Assembly (NCBI GenBank): GCA_043820675.1
Contig: JBDRDM010000116.1
Span: forward strand, 1-46,494
Direction: 5' to 3'
Length of the DNA: 46,494 nt
DNA from: Candidatus Micrarchaeota archaeon
Lineage (GTDB): Archaea > Micrarchaeota > Micrarchaeia > Norongarragalinales > SBBD01
Every line of letters starts with the position of its first letter. Positions within the stretch are counted from its first letter, which is position 1. Both the position numbers and the translations under genes were made by a program. The notes under the pieces are model-generated. The model was given only the letters and a program-made list of their open reading frames with translations. It searched no databases and was not told the origin of the DNA. This document shows, one piece after another, positions 1 through 9,904 of this stretch.

Positions 1-1164
1 TTCATGGAGGAGATGCAGCTTCACACCCCGCCACTATTCGAGCTCATCCTTCCGATGACTACCTCCGGCCAGCGGCTTTTCTGGCTGCGCTCCAAATATT
101 CGGAAATAGTCAAAGCATTCGAGTTCGTAAAGGAGCCCGGCCCCTCGGACATCGACCTAATCCCTCTCGTCGAGGATCCGGACCTCATGCTGGATGCGAA
201 CAAATTGCTTGAGGAATATGTTTCATACTGCACCAGGAGCTCCTTCAAGAAATTCAAGGTGGATTACCTGCGTCCGTTCATCGCAAGAAGCGATCCCGCG
301 CAGAATTCCGGGCTTGTGCCAGCCGTTGTTTCCGCAAAAGCTGCGCTATCGCGGTTTGCGGAATTCTCCGAATCCAGCTCAATCCCCACATATCCCATAA
401 TCGGGGTTGGCTGCCTGCCTTTCAGGGGGCGCCTCTCCCCGGAAAGTGTATCCCAATTTGAAAAGGAATACCCCGGGATCCGCACAGTTACAATTCAAAG
501 CGCCTTCCGTGCGGACTTCCCGGAAAGCAAGGTGAAGGATGCAATTTCCTCCCTCAATTCCGGGCTGAATTCAAGGCCGCGAGTTTTCGATGCGGATGAG
601 ATGGAAAAAATCCGCCAGCTCAACAAGATTTTTTCGCCCATCTACCGCAGGACCATTGAGGATCTTGCGGTTATCAATGACATCGCCCGGTATGTCCCTG
701 CAAGGAGGGAGCGCAAGCTGCACATTGGCCTTCTTGGGTATTCACGCTCAGTAGGAAAGCTAAAGCTTCCCCGTGCAATCACCTTTACATCCGCTTTCTA
801 TTCGCTTGGCGTTCCCCCTGAATTCATCGGCATTGGACGGGGCATCAAGAAGGCACAGGAGGTGCATCTGCTTGATTTCCTCCTGGAAACCTACCTCTAC
901 CTAAAGGAGGACCTGCAGTTCGCGGGCCATTTCCTAAACAAAGGAAATCTTGAGGCGCTTTCAAAAAATTCGAAGGCATGGTCCGGAATCAAGGAAGACG
1001 TTTTGCTTGCAGAAGATCTTTTATCCCTGGAATTTGGCCCAAGGACCCACGAGCACCAGATCTACCGGAACGTTACCTCCAATATCCGCCTGTTGCTTGA
1101 GGAAAAGAAGGATCCTTCCTCTGACCTGTTGAAGGCAGCTGAGATTAGAAGGAGCCTTGGATAA
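1..1164 (+). CDS. ppcA: Archaeal-type phosphoenolpyruvate carboxylase, C-terminal ~387 aa; the 5' end lies outside the window
   Basis: The frame is open from base 1 to TAA at 1162-1164. Motifs FIARSDPAQNSGLV and IIGVGCLPFRGRLSP match my recollection of conserved blocks of the archaeal PEPC family. The fragment length fits a ~500-aa enzyme cut by the window edge. Confidence 0.7.
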   Translation, partial: FMEEMQLHTPPLFELILPMTTSGQRLFWLRSKYSEIVKAFEFVKEPGPSDIDLIPLVEDPDLMLDANKLLEEYVSYCTRSSFKKFKVDYLRPFIARSDPAQNSGLVPAVVSAKAALSRFAEFSESSSIPTYPIIGVGCLPFRGRLSPESVSQFEKEYPGIRTVTIQSAFRADFPESKVKDAISSLNSGLNSRPRVFDADEMEKIRQLNKIFSPIYRRTIEDLAVINDIARYVPARRERKLHIGLLGYSRSVGKLKLPRAITFTSAFYSLGVPPEFIGIGRGIKKAQEVHLLDFLLETYLYLKEDLQFAGHFLNKGNLEALSKNSKAWSGIKEDVLLAEDLLSLEFGPRTHEHQIYRNVTSNIRLLLEEKKDPSSDLLKAAEIRRSLG

Positions 1165-1196
1165 TCGCGCCCCTAGCGATTTTGAATGTGTTTCCA

Positions 1197-1667
1197 ATGG
1201 AAAAATCCGAATTTAGAAAATTGATCGGACCCCATAATTATGCTTTTCTTCGAGAGCTTGAATGCGAACGCAACCTCGATATAGTTGGCAGGCGGTCATT
1301 TGATTTAGGCTTTAATGTTTTCAGGACTTTAGCAATCAAATCGGGTTTGACAAATTTATCAAATAAATTGGAAACTGCATATTATGGAAATCAAAAAAAA
1401 AGACATCAAAACTGGGGTTTGTTCAAAAGAGCCCTTGAAAGGTCTCATCCAATGAAAGTGAAAAAATTATTCGGGCTTGCTGAACGAGTAATGGTTCATG
1501 TGCATTCTCGCCATCCTATAGAAAATGATGTGCGCACGATCATTTTAACGCATAAGCTGCAAATACCCTTTAATAATTTCGCCAGCATCGTAGGGGACTC
1601 GAATAAACATGCATACTTAGTTTGGGGCCAAAAAAACGAAATGAGAAATATTCAATCAGTTCTTTAA
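1197..1667 (+). CDS. Hypothetical protein (ORFan) in a visibly AT-richer segment
   Basis: ATG at 1197 (alternative TTG at 1182). No recognisable motif. It sits between the convergent ppcA and pyrG genes. By eye the composition is clearly more AT-rich than the flanks, and an A9 run lies at 1393-1401 inside the frame. Confidence 0.45.
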   Translation: MEKSEFRKLIGPHNYAFLRELECERNLDIVGRRSFDLGFNVFRTLAIKSGLTNLSNKLETAYYGNQKKRHQNWGLFKRALERSHPMKVKKLFGLAERVMVHVHSRHPIENDVRTIILTHKLQIPFNNFASIVGDSNKHAYLVWGQKNEMRNIQSVL

Positions 1668-1683
1668 AAAGAACTTAGTATTT

Positions 1684-3318
1684 TCAAATCGTCGCCTTCA
1701 CAAATGCCAGATAGAGCGGCTCGGGCCTTTCCAATCTTGAATCGAATTCCGGATGGTATTGGCTTCCCATGAAGAATTTGCGCCCTGGAAGCTCGATCAC
1801 TTTCATGATCTCCCTCTTGGGGTCCTTGCCGGAAAAGACCATTCCCGCCTTTTCAAGTTTTTCAACGTACGCCGGGTTTACCTCCCAGCGGTGGCGGAAC
1901 CTTTTGTAGATTGTATCCTTTTCCGTTGCCTTTCCAGCGGGCTTTTGCTGGCTTTGCGCCATTTCCTTTTCATATAATTTGTAAGCGTTCGTCCCCTTCA
2001 CGATTTTCACATCATATGCCCCAAGCCTCATGGTCCCGCCCTTTTCCTCAACTGCAATTTGCTCCGGCAGGAGGTCGATTACCGGGTATTTTGTCTGCGG
2101 CTCTATTTCTGTGGAGTTGGCGCCCTTAAGGCTAAGCACATGCCTTGAGTATTCGATGACCGAGAGCTGCAAGCCATAGCAGATCCCCAATAATGGAATA
2201 TTGTTTTCCCTTGCGTGCTTGATCACTGAAATCTTCCCCTCGGTTCCCCTCGAGCCGTATCCGCCCGGTATCAAAAATCCGTTGTATTGCTTCAAATCCA
2301 CAAGGCCCTTTTCCACATCCTCGGAATTCACCAAGTCGAGCTGCGCCCTAACCCCTGCATGCACTGCCGCATGCTTGAGAGCTTCGAAGACGCTCATATA
2401 TGCGTCCTTTGTCGTTTGAGCATACTTCCCAACAACCGCAATCTTCCGGTGTGTTTTGGCAGCTTCCCATTTGGCAATAAGCGCATGCCACTCGTCCTTT
2501 CCGTCGGGTCTGAGCTTTAAGTCCAATTTCTTTTCCAAATTTTCCTTTAGGCCCTGGGCCTTCAATATCTCGGGGATCTTGTATATGTTCTCCACGTTGT
2601 ACGAGCAGAACACCGAATCTGGAAGAACGTTGCACATCAGCGCAATTTTCCTTTTCGTTGCCTCTGAAAACATCGTATCGCTCCTTGCAACTAAAATGTC
2701 CGGGGTGATGCCCTTGCTTAAAAGCGCCTTCACGGAATGCTGCATGGGCTTTGTCTTGTGCTCGTTGGTTGTTATGCGGGGAACGAGCGCCAAATGCACG
2801 AACAGCACTGATGGCCTCTCGCCGTTCTCGAAACGCATCTGCCTTGCGGCTTCGAACACCACATCGCTTTCAATATCGCCCACGGTCCCGCCGATCTCAA
2901 CAACCAGCACATCTGATTTCGTTACCTTTGCCGCATGCCTGATCCTTTCCTTTATTTCGTTCGTGGCATGTGGAATAAGCTGCACGGTGGTGCCTAAAAA
3001 TTCGCCTCTGCGCTCCTTTTCCACCACCGTCCTGTAAATAGATCCCATCATCATATTCTGTTCTTTTGTTGCGAATATGTCAAGGAAGCGCTCGTAATTC
3101 CCCAAATCAAGGTCGCATTCGAAGCCATCGCGCGTGACAAACACTTCTCCGTGCTCGTAGGGGTTCAATGTTCCCGCATCGCAGTTGAGGTAGGGGTCAA
3201 TTTTCATCGCGGAGACCTTCACTCCCGCGGTTTTCAGGATCCTGCCGATGCTCGCAACGATGGTGCCCTTGCCCAGCGAAGACAAAACGCCGCCGGTCAC
3301 AAAGATGAATTTGGTCAT
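1684..3318 (-). CDS. pyrG: CTP synthase
   Basis: 544 aa. The N-terminus MTKFIFVTGGVLSSLGKG is the classic synthetase-domain start. The C-terminal glutamine amidotransferase block GICYGLQ and the HPEF motif are both present. Confidence 0.97.
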   Translation of the reverse strand: MTKFIFVTGGVLSSLGKGTIVASIGRILKTAGVKVSAMKIDPYLNCDAGTLNPYEHGEVFVTRDGFECDLDLGNYERFLDIFATKEQNMMMGSIYRTVVEKERRGEFLGTTVQLIPHATNEIKERIRHAAKVTKSDVLVVEIGGTVGDIESDVVFEAARQMRFENGERPSVLFVHLALVPRITTNEHKTKPMQHSVKALLSKGITPDILVARSDTMFSEATKRKIALMCNVLPDSVFCSYNVENIYKIPEILKAQGLKENLEKKLDLKLRPDGKDEWHALIAKWEAAKTHRKIAVVGKYAQTTKDAYMSVFEALKHAAVHAGVRAQLDLVNSEDVEKGLVDLKQYNGFLIPGGYGSRGTEGKISVIKHARENNIPLLGICYGLQLSVIEYSRHVLSLKGANSTEIEPQTKYPVIDLLPEQIAVEEKGGTMRLGAYDVKIVKGTNAYKLYEKEMAQSQQKPAGKATEKDTIYKRFRHRWEVNPAYVEKLEKAGMVFSGKDPKREIMKVIELPGRKFFMGSQYHPEFDSRLERPEPLYLAFVKATI

Positions 3319-3589
3319 TTCATCAGCACCAAAAAACGAAAGGAGAAATATGGCTGCGGCGGTATATAAGCTTAACTGAACTTTTTTCCTCAGAAATTGG
3401 TGCCGCCGTTATTTTTGCCGCATGTGAGCCATTTGGCTTAAAAATCCATGAATGGCGATTTTGCGCCTTCCGGGTCAATTTCCGCTTCCGCGCCAACCAT
3501 GCGTCCTCGAGCTACCGTCACCCTCTTAAAACGGTTTCCCCTTCCTTTTAATGTTCCTTGTCGAAGGAGCCTTGAAGAGGTAAGCGAAC

Positions 3590-6500
3590 GTGGGTAGATT
3601 TTTTCCCTCAAAGGCCCTATTGGTGCTACTGGCTGTCATCTACATTGCTGGCTATGCTGGCGCCATCGATGCCTGGTATAATTCATCTTGGCACTTCCGC
3701 CAAAAGCTCGAATTCAATGCATCCGGGCATGCAAGGCTTGATTGGCCCCTTGAGCTGGAGATTAATTTCACGGAGCATCTGCGGCAGGCTGGCAGCTGGA
3801 ATTTGAGCTTCGATCAGAACTCCTTGCGCGTATTCGAATACAATTCCTCCGGGAGCATCGTATATGAGGTACCGTACCAATTCGACATCGCCAGCAGCTA
3901 TGATCCGGACGGCAACGCCTTTGGTGAACTCGTTTTCATCATCAACGGTTCGACGCCAATCAACCAGAAGCGCACCTATTATGTGTACTTCGATACCCTT
4001 GCGAGCGGCCAAAAACCCCCCATCACTTATTCATCGGCCCTAAATTACAGCTGGAATGGCACCGAATTCAATGTCAATAATACCCTCTTCGAATGGTATG
4101 TGGATACTTCCAGGGGCGAGAATACCTCCGGCATTTACCGGGTCATGGGTCCATTCAATGAAATATTCAATGCCCTTGCTGACGAGCGCACCTATGAATA
4201 TTCGGAGTTCACAAATGGCACGACGACATTCGGGTTCAATTTCTCCGGAAATGCCTCCTTTGTTGCCGGTCCCGTCAGGATAAGCGCAATGCTAATGGGC
4301 CTTGAAACGGAATGGGGCCTTTCGCATCTGCAAACTGGCCAGGCGCTCCTTGCAAAAACCTACCGTTTCTACGACCTTGGCGCTTGGATAAAAGTGCAGC
4401 AGAATTATACTAACCTTGCGCCCGTTTCCATAACGCGCAGCTCCACCGATTCTGGGGGCCTTGCCCTGGAAGCGCAGCGTGCATTTGGGGCATTTTACGT
4501 CCCCCAGGACAACCTCACCGGGCCGTTTTCCTGGTCGCATGCTTCCGATCAATTCAACTCCTTCGGAGTTGGGTTCATAAATTTCAACCAGACCGGCACC
4601 TCGAATTACCTGGCCGCCAGGGGCGATTCCCTTGGGCGGGTGGGCATCAACCTTTCGACGACGGTCATCCCATCCGGGGGCTCCATTTCGGAAACCGCCA
4701 TCATGAAATTCAATGATACAACCGGAGATTTGAATTCCCTGAAGAACCTTTCCCTTAGCCTCCAAGACGGATTCATGCTATTTCCCCCCGTTTCCGAGGA
4801 ATGGCGGGTCAACATTTCCATCACTTCCAACAATTCCTATTTCAACAGGAACGAGACCGTCATCATCAACCTCAACATCACCGGGGACGCGTATAACCTC
4901 ACCTCGAGCGCCAACATCACAATCGACAACGGCACCGCCGGCACCGGGGATGATTTCAATCTCACGCTTTATGATGACGGGGCGCATAACGATGCGCTCG
5001 CAGGAGATTACGTCTTTGGCGCAAATTTCAGCCTTCCGGAAGGGGCGCAGCTTGGCACCTGGAACATGACTGGCCGGGTATATGGCCTTGGGGGAATCTT
5101 AGTTTCCTCCAATTCCACGACGTTCCAGGTGTCTGATGAATATAATGTCAGCATCCTTATTTCCAACTATTTTGGTCTTGCCGGCCGTTTGATGAATGCC
5201 TCGATTACGGTTACCAATTACCTTCAGAATTTGCCAATCGTGAACGCAGCCCTTGCCTGCAATTATCCCCTTAATTATTCCGCTGATTTGGGCAATGGCA
5301 CTTATGAGATAAGCTTCCAGGCAGAGCCGTTGCATGGAAATTACACACTTCTTTGCAATGCTTCAAAAGCGGGCAATCTTGGCAACTCATCTGCGCCGTA
5401 CGGTTCAGAGGCCGCCGTGACGGCAAATGCCATCTATGCCTCCCCAGCCTCAACCACGGCAACTGGCATTACCCTCCTCCAGAATTTCAATTTCACCCTG
5501 CAGGTCAATGCCACGAATTACGGGAACGGCTCTGCTAACTTCCCGAATTTCACGCTTCAGCTTCCCGGGAACTGGACGGCCTCGAACTTGAGCTTCATTT
5601 GCGCAAATGTTTCCGTTGGCGATACTTGCATTTCCAATTTCACGGTTACCGTTGCAAACCGCACAATTCCCGGCAATTTCTCCGTCAACGCGACGTTCTT
5701 CTGGGTAAATCCCGACGGTTCATTGGGCTCGAACTTAACGCAAATAGATGTCGAAGTTACATCGAATCCCATCCTCAATATTACCCCGCCTTCCATCTAT
5801 GAGATAGCCGCTCCTGGCCGCACGAAAACCATTGGCTTTTTCACCCTCCTTTCACAGGGAAATGACGCCCTGCACGATTCAAACTTTTCCATTACCGGAT
5901 TTTCTGGAATCACATTCCTCTTCATCCCGGCAAACCTTAGCAGCCTCCCTGCAGGAAGCCAGCAGCAGGTCCAGATAAATGCCACGGTTCCCCTCGGGCA
6001 TGCATCCGGTGATTACCAAGGATATGCCAACATTTCGACATCGAATGCCGGGAACATTTCCATTTTCATAAACCTTACAATTTCCGGCGCGAACGTTTCT
6101 ATAGATTCATCGCCTAAGAACTTCTCTGCTGGCAATATCACCCAGGCGCAAAACCAGACATTTGCCCTTGATGTGAACATCACCAATTTCGGCAATGCCA
6201 CATCTTTCCTTTCAAACATCACTTTGGAGTTGCCTTCCGGAATCAGCGCAAATGCAAGCAGCGTTTCCTGCGGCAACATGACCGTTGGCGCCAACTGTTC
6301 GGGCGCATTTCTCATTACGGTTTTGAATGCAACGCCTCCGGGAGCATATATTGTCAACGTCTCCGCTGGCTGGTATGACCTTGGGGATGGGCCCAAGGCA
6401 AATACGACGACCATCAACATAACCGTATCCGAGAATCCAGTGGTTCAGCTATCTGCTGCGTTCCTGCAGGGCAATGCCACTCACGGCAACACCACCGTAT

Positions 6501-9500
6501 TCGGCAATTTCACGCTTTATTCTGTTGGCAATTATCCCCTCTTTAATTTGAGTGCGAACATCACCGGGCTTTCGAACTTCACGTTTGCAATTTCACCCTC
6601 CATCCTAGCTAACCTTACCGGCGGGCTATCGCAGGAATTCCAAATCAACGTGACGATCCCATTTGCGTATGACTCCGGTTTCTACAACGGAACTTTGGAG
6701 CTGTCCACTAGCAATGCAGGTTCCAGCAACCTCACATTGGGGGTTTTCGTCAACGTTGATCGCGATTGGGAGATGGGCCCGCTTACATGCGAGCGGACCG
6801 AAAGCCCCGACTTTGGGGATGCCTGCGAGGTGGTGATCAACAATACCGGCAACACTTACTTGAATATTTCCATTTCACCCTCAACGGCAAATTATTCTTC
6901 CGTCAACATTTCCCAATTCACAGTAGGGAAGCAATCCTCCTACGCATTCATGGTGACCTACAATATTTCTGGCGTGCCCAAAATACCCTACAATGCGACA
7001 TTCACGGTAAATGCCACCAATGCCGAATCGATTCCAGCCTCCCGAACACTTCTGATATCCCTGGTTCCATTCCAGTCGCTTTCCACTGCACTCACAATAA
7101 CTCCCCTTGTCATCCAGAACAACCAGAGCGTCACGTTTGATTTCAACATCACTGATGCGAACCTTGTTGGAATCGTAAATGTTACCGCAAATGTGACATT
7201 GCCAAACGGCACGTGGTTCAATATCTCCCTCTACCAAACCGGCTATATTTTCAATGCTTCCGGCAACATCACCCAATGGAGGGGCAATTTTCCCAACACC
7301 ACCGGAACCACTGCGCTCATTGGGAATTACAGCGTGTATGTTATGGCATACGACAACGCTGGCATCAATGGTTCTTCTAGTGGCTCGTTTTATGCATATC
7401 CCAAGCTCCAACTGCAAGCTCAGACCCTTTCCAGCGCATACTCCAAAGGCAGCACAGCTTCTGTTTATTTCAGGGCGCGCGATCTTGGCGGAACTCCCCT
7501 AAAGAATGCGAACGTCACGGTTTGGGTTAGGGACAACTCTTCCATACTTGCATTCAACGGTACATATGTAACGGCAATTTCGGGAATTATCGAGCCCCTG
7601 CCTACATTCAATATCGCCTCGGATTCGACGACTGGCCAATGGACATTGTTTTCGGAGGCGGTCTACTACGATTCAAATGCATCCGTGAGCGTATCCGATT
7701 CCGTCAATTCGACCTTCTTTGTAACCAATGCGACCACCACCAATGTTTCATTCTCCGGCCTTCTAACGAACTTCGAATCCGCGGACCTATATTTCGGCGG
7801 CGATACCGTGGAGCTTGCAATATCCGTTTATGATGTCGATGGCTCCCCGCTAGATCCAGATTCCATGAACATTACTGTTTTCGCCCCCAACGAATCCCTT
7901 TACATGCTTGTCAACTTCTCGAACATCAACCGTTCCTCGACGGGCCTTTATTACTACAAGTTCGTCGTCCCCTCCAATGCAAGCTCGGGCGTATACCGTG
8001 CCGAGCTCAATGCGACCAAGGGCGCGTTTTACACCCGCAATCTTGCGCTTTTCCGCATTTCCAGCTCGCTTTTCGCAGACGTGGAGACCTCCTTTGTATG
8101 GTACCCCAGCAGCGTGATGACCTTCAGGATGGTCGTTTACACCGGGGATGGCCTGCCAATAGATCCAACTAGCATGAACCTGACCGTCATAGATCCTGCC
8201 GGGAACATATACTTTACAACGACAGTTGCAAGCATGACCAAGCAGTCGACGGGCTATTATATTTACAATTATGCCATGACCATCAACACTTCCACTGGGA
8301 ATTATTATGCGCAGCTTTTTGCCAGCAAGGACTCTTCGACTACCGTCAAGCTCAAGCCCTTTAGGGTTTCCCAAGGCGGCCCGTATGATATCCGGCTAGA
8401 GCTTTTGGATTCCTCGGTTTATCCCGGCGATTACCTAGACTTCCGTGCAGTAATGGAAAACAAGGGCGAGGTCACCCAGGACGTAACCTTGGAATATTGG
8501 GTATCCGACGGCGTTCAGACCTGGTTTTATGGCTCGGAAGCCGTGCTGACGCCCGCATACCAGAACACTTCCGTAATAAGGAGCGCTTATATTTTCACAT
8601 CCCAGCCTCCAGGATCCTACACGCTTTATGGCAGAGTGACTTATGATCTGATAAAGCCGCCAATAGATGTGAGCTATACCTTTGAAGTGGTCCCAAGGCC
8701 CGAATCCACGCCGACCCCGGCTGCAGGAGGGCCGGGCGTGACGGCAACGGCAATCCCGGGAAGGCCTGGCGTTTCGGTTTCGCCAACCCCAATCCCGCCT
8801 CCATTCGAGGACCATTCCGGGATGCAAATCATAAGCTATCCTGATGAGGTTGCAATCCAGGCCGGGGAAACGAAATATCCGAAAATCCAAATCAAAAACA
8901 CGGGCCTAACCCCCCTTCATAACGTCACGGTCACCCTTGCGGGGCTGCCTCTTAGCTGGCTGGAAGTGCTCCCAAGCCGCGTTAATGCCCTCTCTCCTGG
9001 GGACATAGCCACATTCGTCCTGAAAATAACCGCCCCCACGACCGAAAAGACATCGGTGAAAAAGGTGCGCGCGCTTGCGCTTTCCGCCGAACGCAAGGAA
9101 GAAGTGCATTTCGACGTCGCGGTTTTTGAATCGAAGCTTGCACTCATCGAGCACCAGATCCAAAGGCTCAAGGAAAAGGTTGCGCTGCTTGCAAAGAATG
9201 CGCAGGAAGCTGAAAAAGTCGGCAAGAACGTCCTTGCCGTTTGGGAAACTGTCGACCAGGTGCAAAAATACATTACCCAATCCGAAAACGACCTGCGAAA
9301 CGAGCAGCTTGATGATGCGCTGAGCAATGCTCAGATTGCCGATACCCTCATTTCAAAAGGCAATGCGCAACTGATTTCCGCCCCGTTCAATCCTCCCTCT
9401 TACACGCAGCTTCCCAACTGGATAACGCTTGCCCTTGGGATCGTTGGCACTGGCATGGGCATCATTGTCTTCTGGTTCGTTCGCCGTCGCAAAAAGCAAC

Positions 9501-9739
9501 CGCAGGAAGCTCCCCGGGAATCAATCGGCGTCATTGAAAAAGTTTCTGAAATTAGGGAAAAGACCGATGCGCGCTCCCTTGAAAAGGAAAAAAGCAAGAT
9601 CGGGCGCGCCCTTAGGCTGCTTGAAGAGGAGCTCCAAGACGGCACCATATCGCACGAGGCATATTCGGAGCTTAAGCGCAGATACGACCGCAAGATCGCA
9701 GATATTGAAGGCAAGCTCTCGCGCAGGGCGGGCTATTGA
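3590..9739 (+). CDS. Giant (2049 aa) type I membrane-anchored surface protein, predicted to be heavily N-glycosylated; candidate S-layer protein or adhesin
   Basis: GTG start preceded by GAGGT at 3577-3581. Signal peptide MGRFFPSKALLVLLAVIYIAGYAGA. The ectodomain is about 1900 aa with about 115 N-x-S/T sequons (manual count) and tandem beta-sandwich-like modules. It continues with a Pro/Thr linker (aa 1701-1740), a coiled-coil stalk, a TM helix WITLALGIVGTGMGIIVFWFV followed by RRRKK, and an 85-aa charged cytoplasmic tail. Confidence 0.9.
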   Translation: MGRFFPSKALLVLLAVIYIAGYAGAIDAWYNSSWHFRQKLEFNASGHARLDWPLELEINFTEHLRQAGSWNLSFDQNSLRVFEYNSSGSIVYEVPYQFDIASSYDPDGNAFGELVFIINGSTPINQKRTYYVYFDTLASGQKPPITYSSALNYSWNGTEFNVNNTLFEWYVDTSRGENTSGIYRVMGPFNEIFNALADERTYEYSEFTNGTTTFGFNFSGNASFVAGPVRISAMLMGLETEWGLSHLQTGQALLAKTYRFYDLGAWIKVQQNYTNLAPVSITRSSTDSGGLALEAQRAFGAFYVPQDNLTGPFSWSHASDQFNSFGVGFINFNQTGTSNYLAARGDSLGRVGINLSTTVIPSGGSISETAIMKFNDTTGDLNSLKNLSLSLQDGFMLFPPVSEEWRVNISITSNNSYFNRNETVIINLNITGDAYNLTSSANITIDNGTAGTGDDFNLTLYDDGAHNDALAGDYVFGANFSLPEGAQLGTWNMTGRVYGLGGILVSSNSTTFQVSDEYNVSILISNYFGLAGRLMNASITVTNYLQNLPIVNAALACNYPLNYSADLGNGTYEISFQAEPLHGNYTLLCNASKAGNLGNSSAPYGSEAAVTANAIYASPASTTATGITLLQNFNFTLQVNATNYGNGSANFPNFTLQLPGNWTASNLSFICANVSVGDTCISNFTVTVANRTIPGNFSVNATFFWVNPDGSLGSNLTQIDVEVTSNPILNITPPSIYEIAAPGRTKTIGFFTLLSQGNDALHDSNFSITGFSGITFLFIPANLSSLPAGSQQQVQINATVPLGHASGDYQGYANISTSNAGNISIFINLTISGANVSIDSSPKNFSAGNITQAQNQTFALDVNITNFGNATSFLSNITLELPSGISANASSVSCGNMTVGANCSGAFLITVLNATPPGAYIVNVSAGWYDLGDGPKANTTTINITVSENPVVQLSAAFLQGNATHGNTTVFGNFTLYSVGNYPLFNLSANITGLSNFTFAISPSILANLTGGLSQEFQINVTIPFAYDSGFYNGTLELSTSNAGSSNLTLGVFVNVDRDWEMGPLTCERTESPDFGDACEVVINNTGNTYLNISISPSTANYSSVNISQFTVGKQSSYAFMVTYNISGVPKIPYNATFTVNATNAESIPASRTLLISLVPFQSLSTALTITPLVIQNNQSVTFDFNITDANLVGIVNVTANVTLPNGTWFNISLYQTGYIFNASGNITQWRGNFPNTTGTTALIGNYSVYVMAYDNAGINGSSSGSFYAYPKLQLQAQTLSSAYSKGSTASVYFRARDLGGTPLKNANVTVWVRDNSSILAFNGTYVTAISGIIEPLPTFNIASDSTTGQWTLFSEAVYYDSNASVSVSDSVNSTFFVTNATTTNVSFSGLLTNFESADLYFGGDTVELAISVYDVDGSPLDPDSMNITVFAPNESLYMLVNFSNINRSSTGLYYYKFVVPSNASSGVYRAELNATKGAFYTRNLALFRISSSLFADVETSFVWYPSSVMTFRMVVYTGDGLPIDPTSMNLTVIDPAGNIYFTTTVASMTKQSTGYYIYNYAMTINTSTGNYYAQLFASKDSSTTVKLKPFRVSQGGPYDIRLELLDSSVYPGDYLDFRAVMENKGEVTQDVTLEYWVSDGVQTWFYGSEAVLTPAYQNTSVIRSAYIFTSQPPGSYTLYGRVTYDLIKPPIDVSYTFEVVPRPESTPTPAAGGPGVTATAIPGRPGVSVSPTPIPPPFEDHSGMQIISYPDEVAIQAGETKYPKIQIKNTGLTPLHNVTVTLAGLPLSWLEVLPSRVNALSPGDIATFVLKITAPTTEKTSVKKVRALALSAERKEEVHFDVAVFESKLALIEHQIQRLKEKVALLAKNAQEAEKVGKNVLAVWETVDQVQKYITQSENDLRNEQLDDALSNAQIADTLISKGNAQLISAPFNPPSYTQLPNWITLALGIVGTGMGIIVFWFVRRRKKQPQEAPRESIGVIEKVSEIREKTDARSLEKEKSKIGRALRLLEEELQDGTISHEAYSELKRRYDRKIADIEGKLSRRAGY
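5438..6757 (+). repeat. Two tandem ~220-aa protein modules inside the giant ORF (aa 617-833 and 834-1056)
   Basis: The two modules align colinearly by eye. FTLQVNATNYGNGSANFPNFTLQLPGNW...CANVSVGDTC matches FALDVNITNFGNATSFLSNITLELPSGI...CGNMTVGANC. QINATVPLGHASGDYQGYANISTSNAGNISIFINLTISG matches QINVTIPFAYDSGFYNGTLELSTSNAGSSNLTLGVFVNV. A conserved C-x8-C pair is present in each module. Confidence 0.8.
7097..8371 (+). repeat. About four tandem ~100-aa Ig-like/beta-sandwich repeats inside the giant ORF (aa ~1170-1594)
   Basis: Units 3 and 4 align convincingly. VDGSPLDPDSMNITVFAPNESLY...STGLYYYKFVVPSNASSGVYRAELNA matches GDGLPIDPTSMNLTVIDPAGNIY...STGYYIYNYAMTINTSTGNYYAQLFA. Units 1 and 2 share the same pattern more loosely. 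Confidence 0.65.
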
Positions 9740-9904
9740 TGATCGTATTGCCCACCTATTATGCACTCAACTTGTTAGGAGCTGCCATTGTCAGCCCAAT
9801 TCTTCCGATTTTTTCCTCACGCCTTAAGTGTTTTCCTAAATTCCCTCCAAACATAACTCCTTTAATATTTCGTTGCAATCATTCTTCTTGCAAGTGTAAG
9901 GCCG

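Noticed and set aside
1753-3369. Several 60-193-aa plus-strand ORFs within pyrG.
   Set aside because: They are shadow ORFs opposite a canonical CTP synthase, with no RBS or motif support.
3683-9766. Many 60-180-aa ORFs in other frames or on the other strand inside the 2049-aa gene, for example 4292-4765, 6881-7417, 7850-8374 and 8435-8890.
   Set aside because: The long frame has a coherent signal peptide, repeats, a TM helix and a tail. The alternatives are short, compositionally odd and mutually overlapping.
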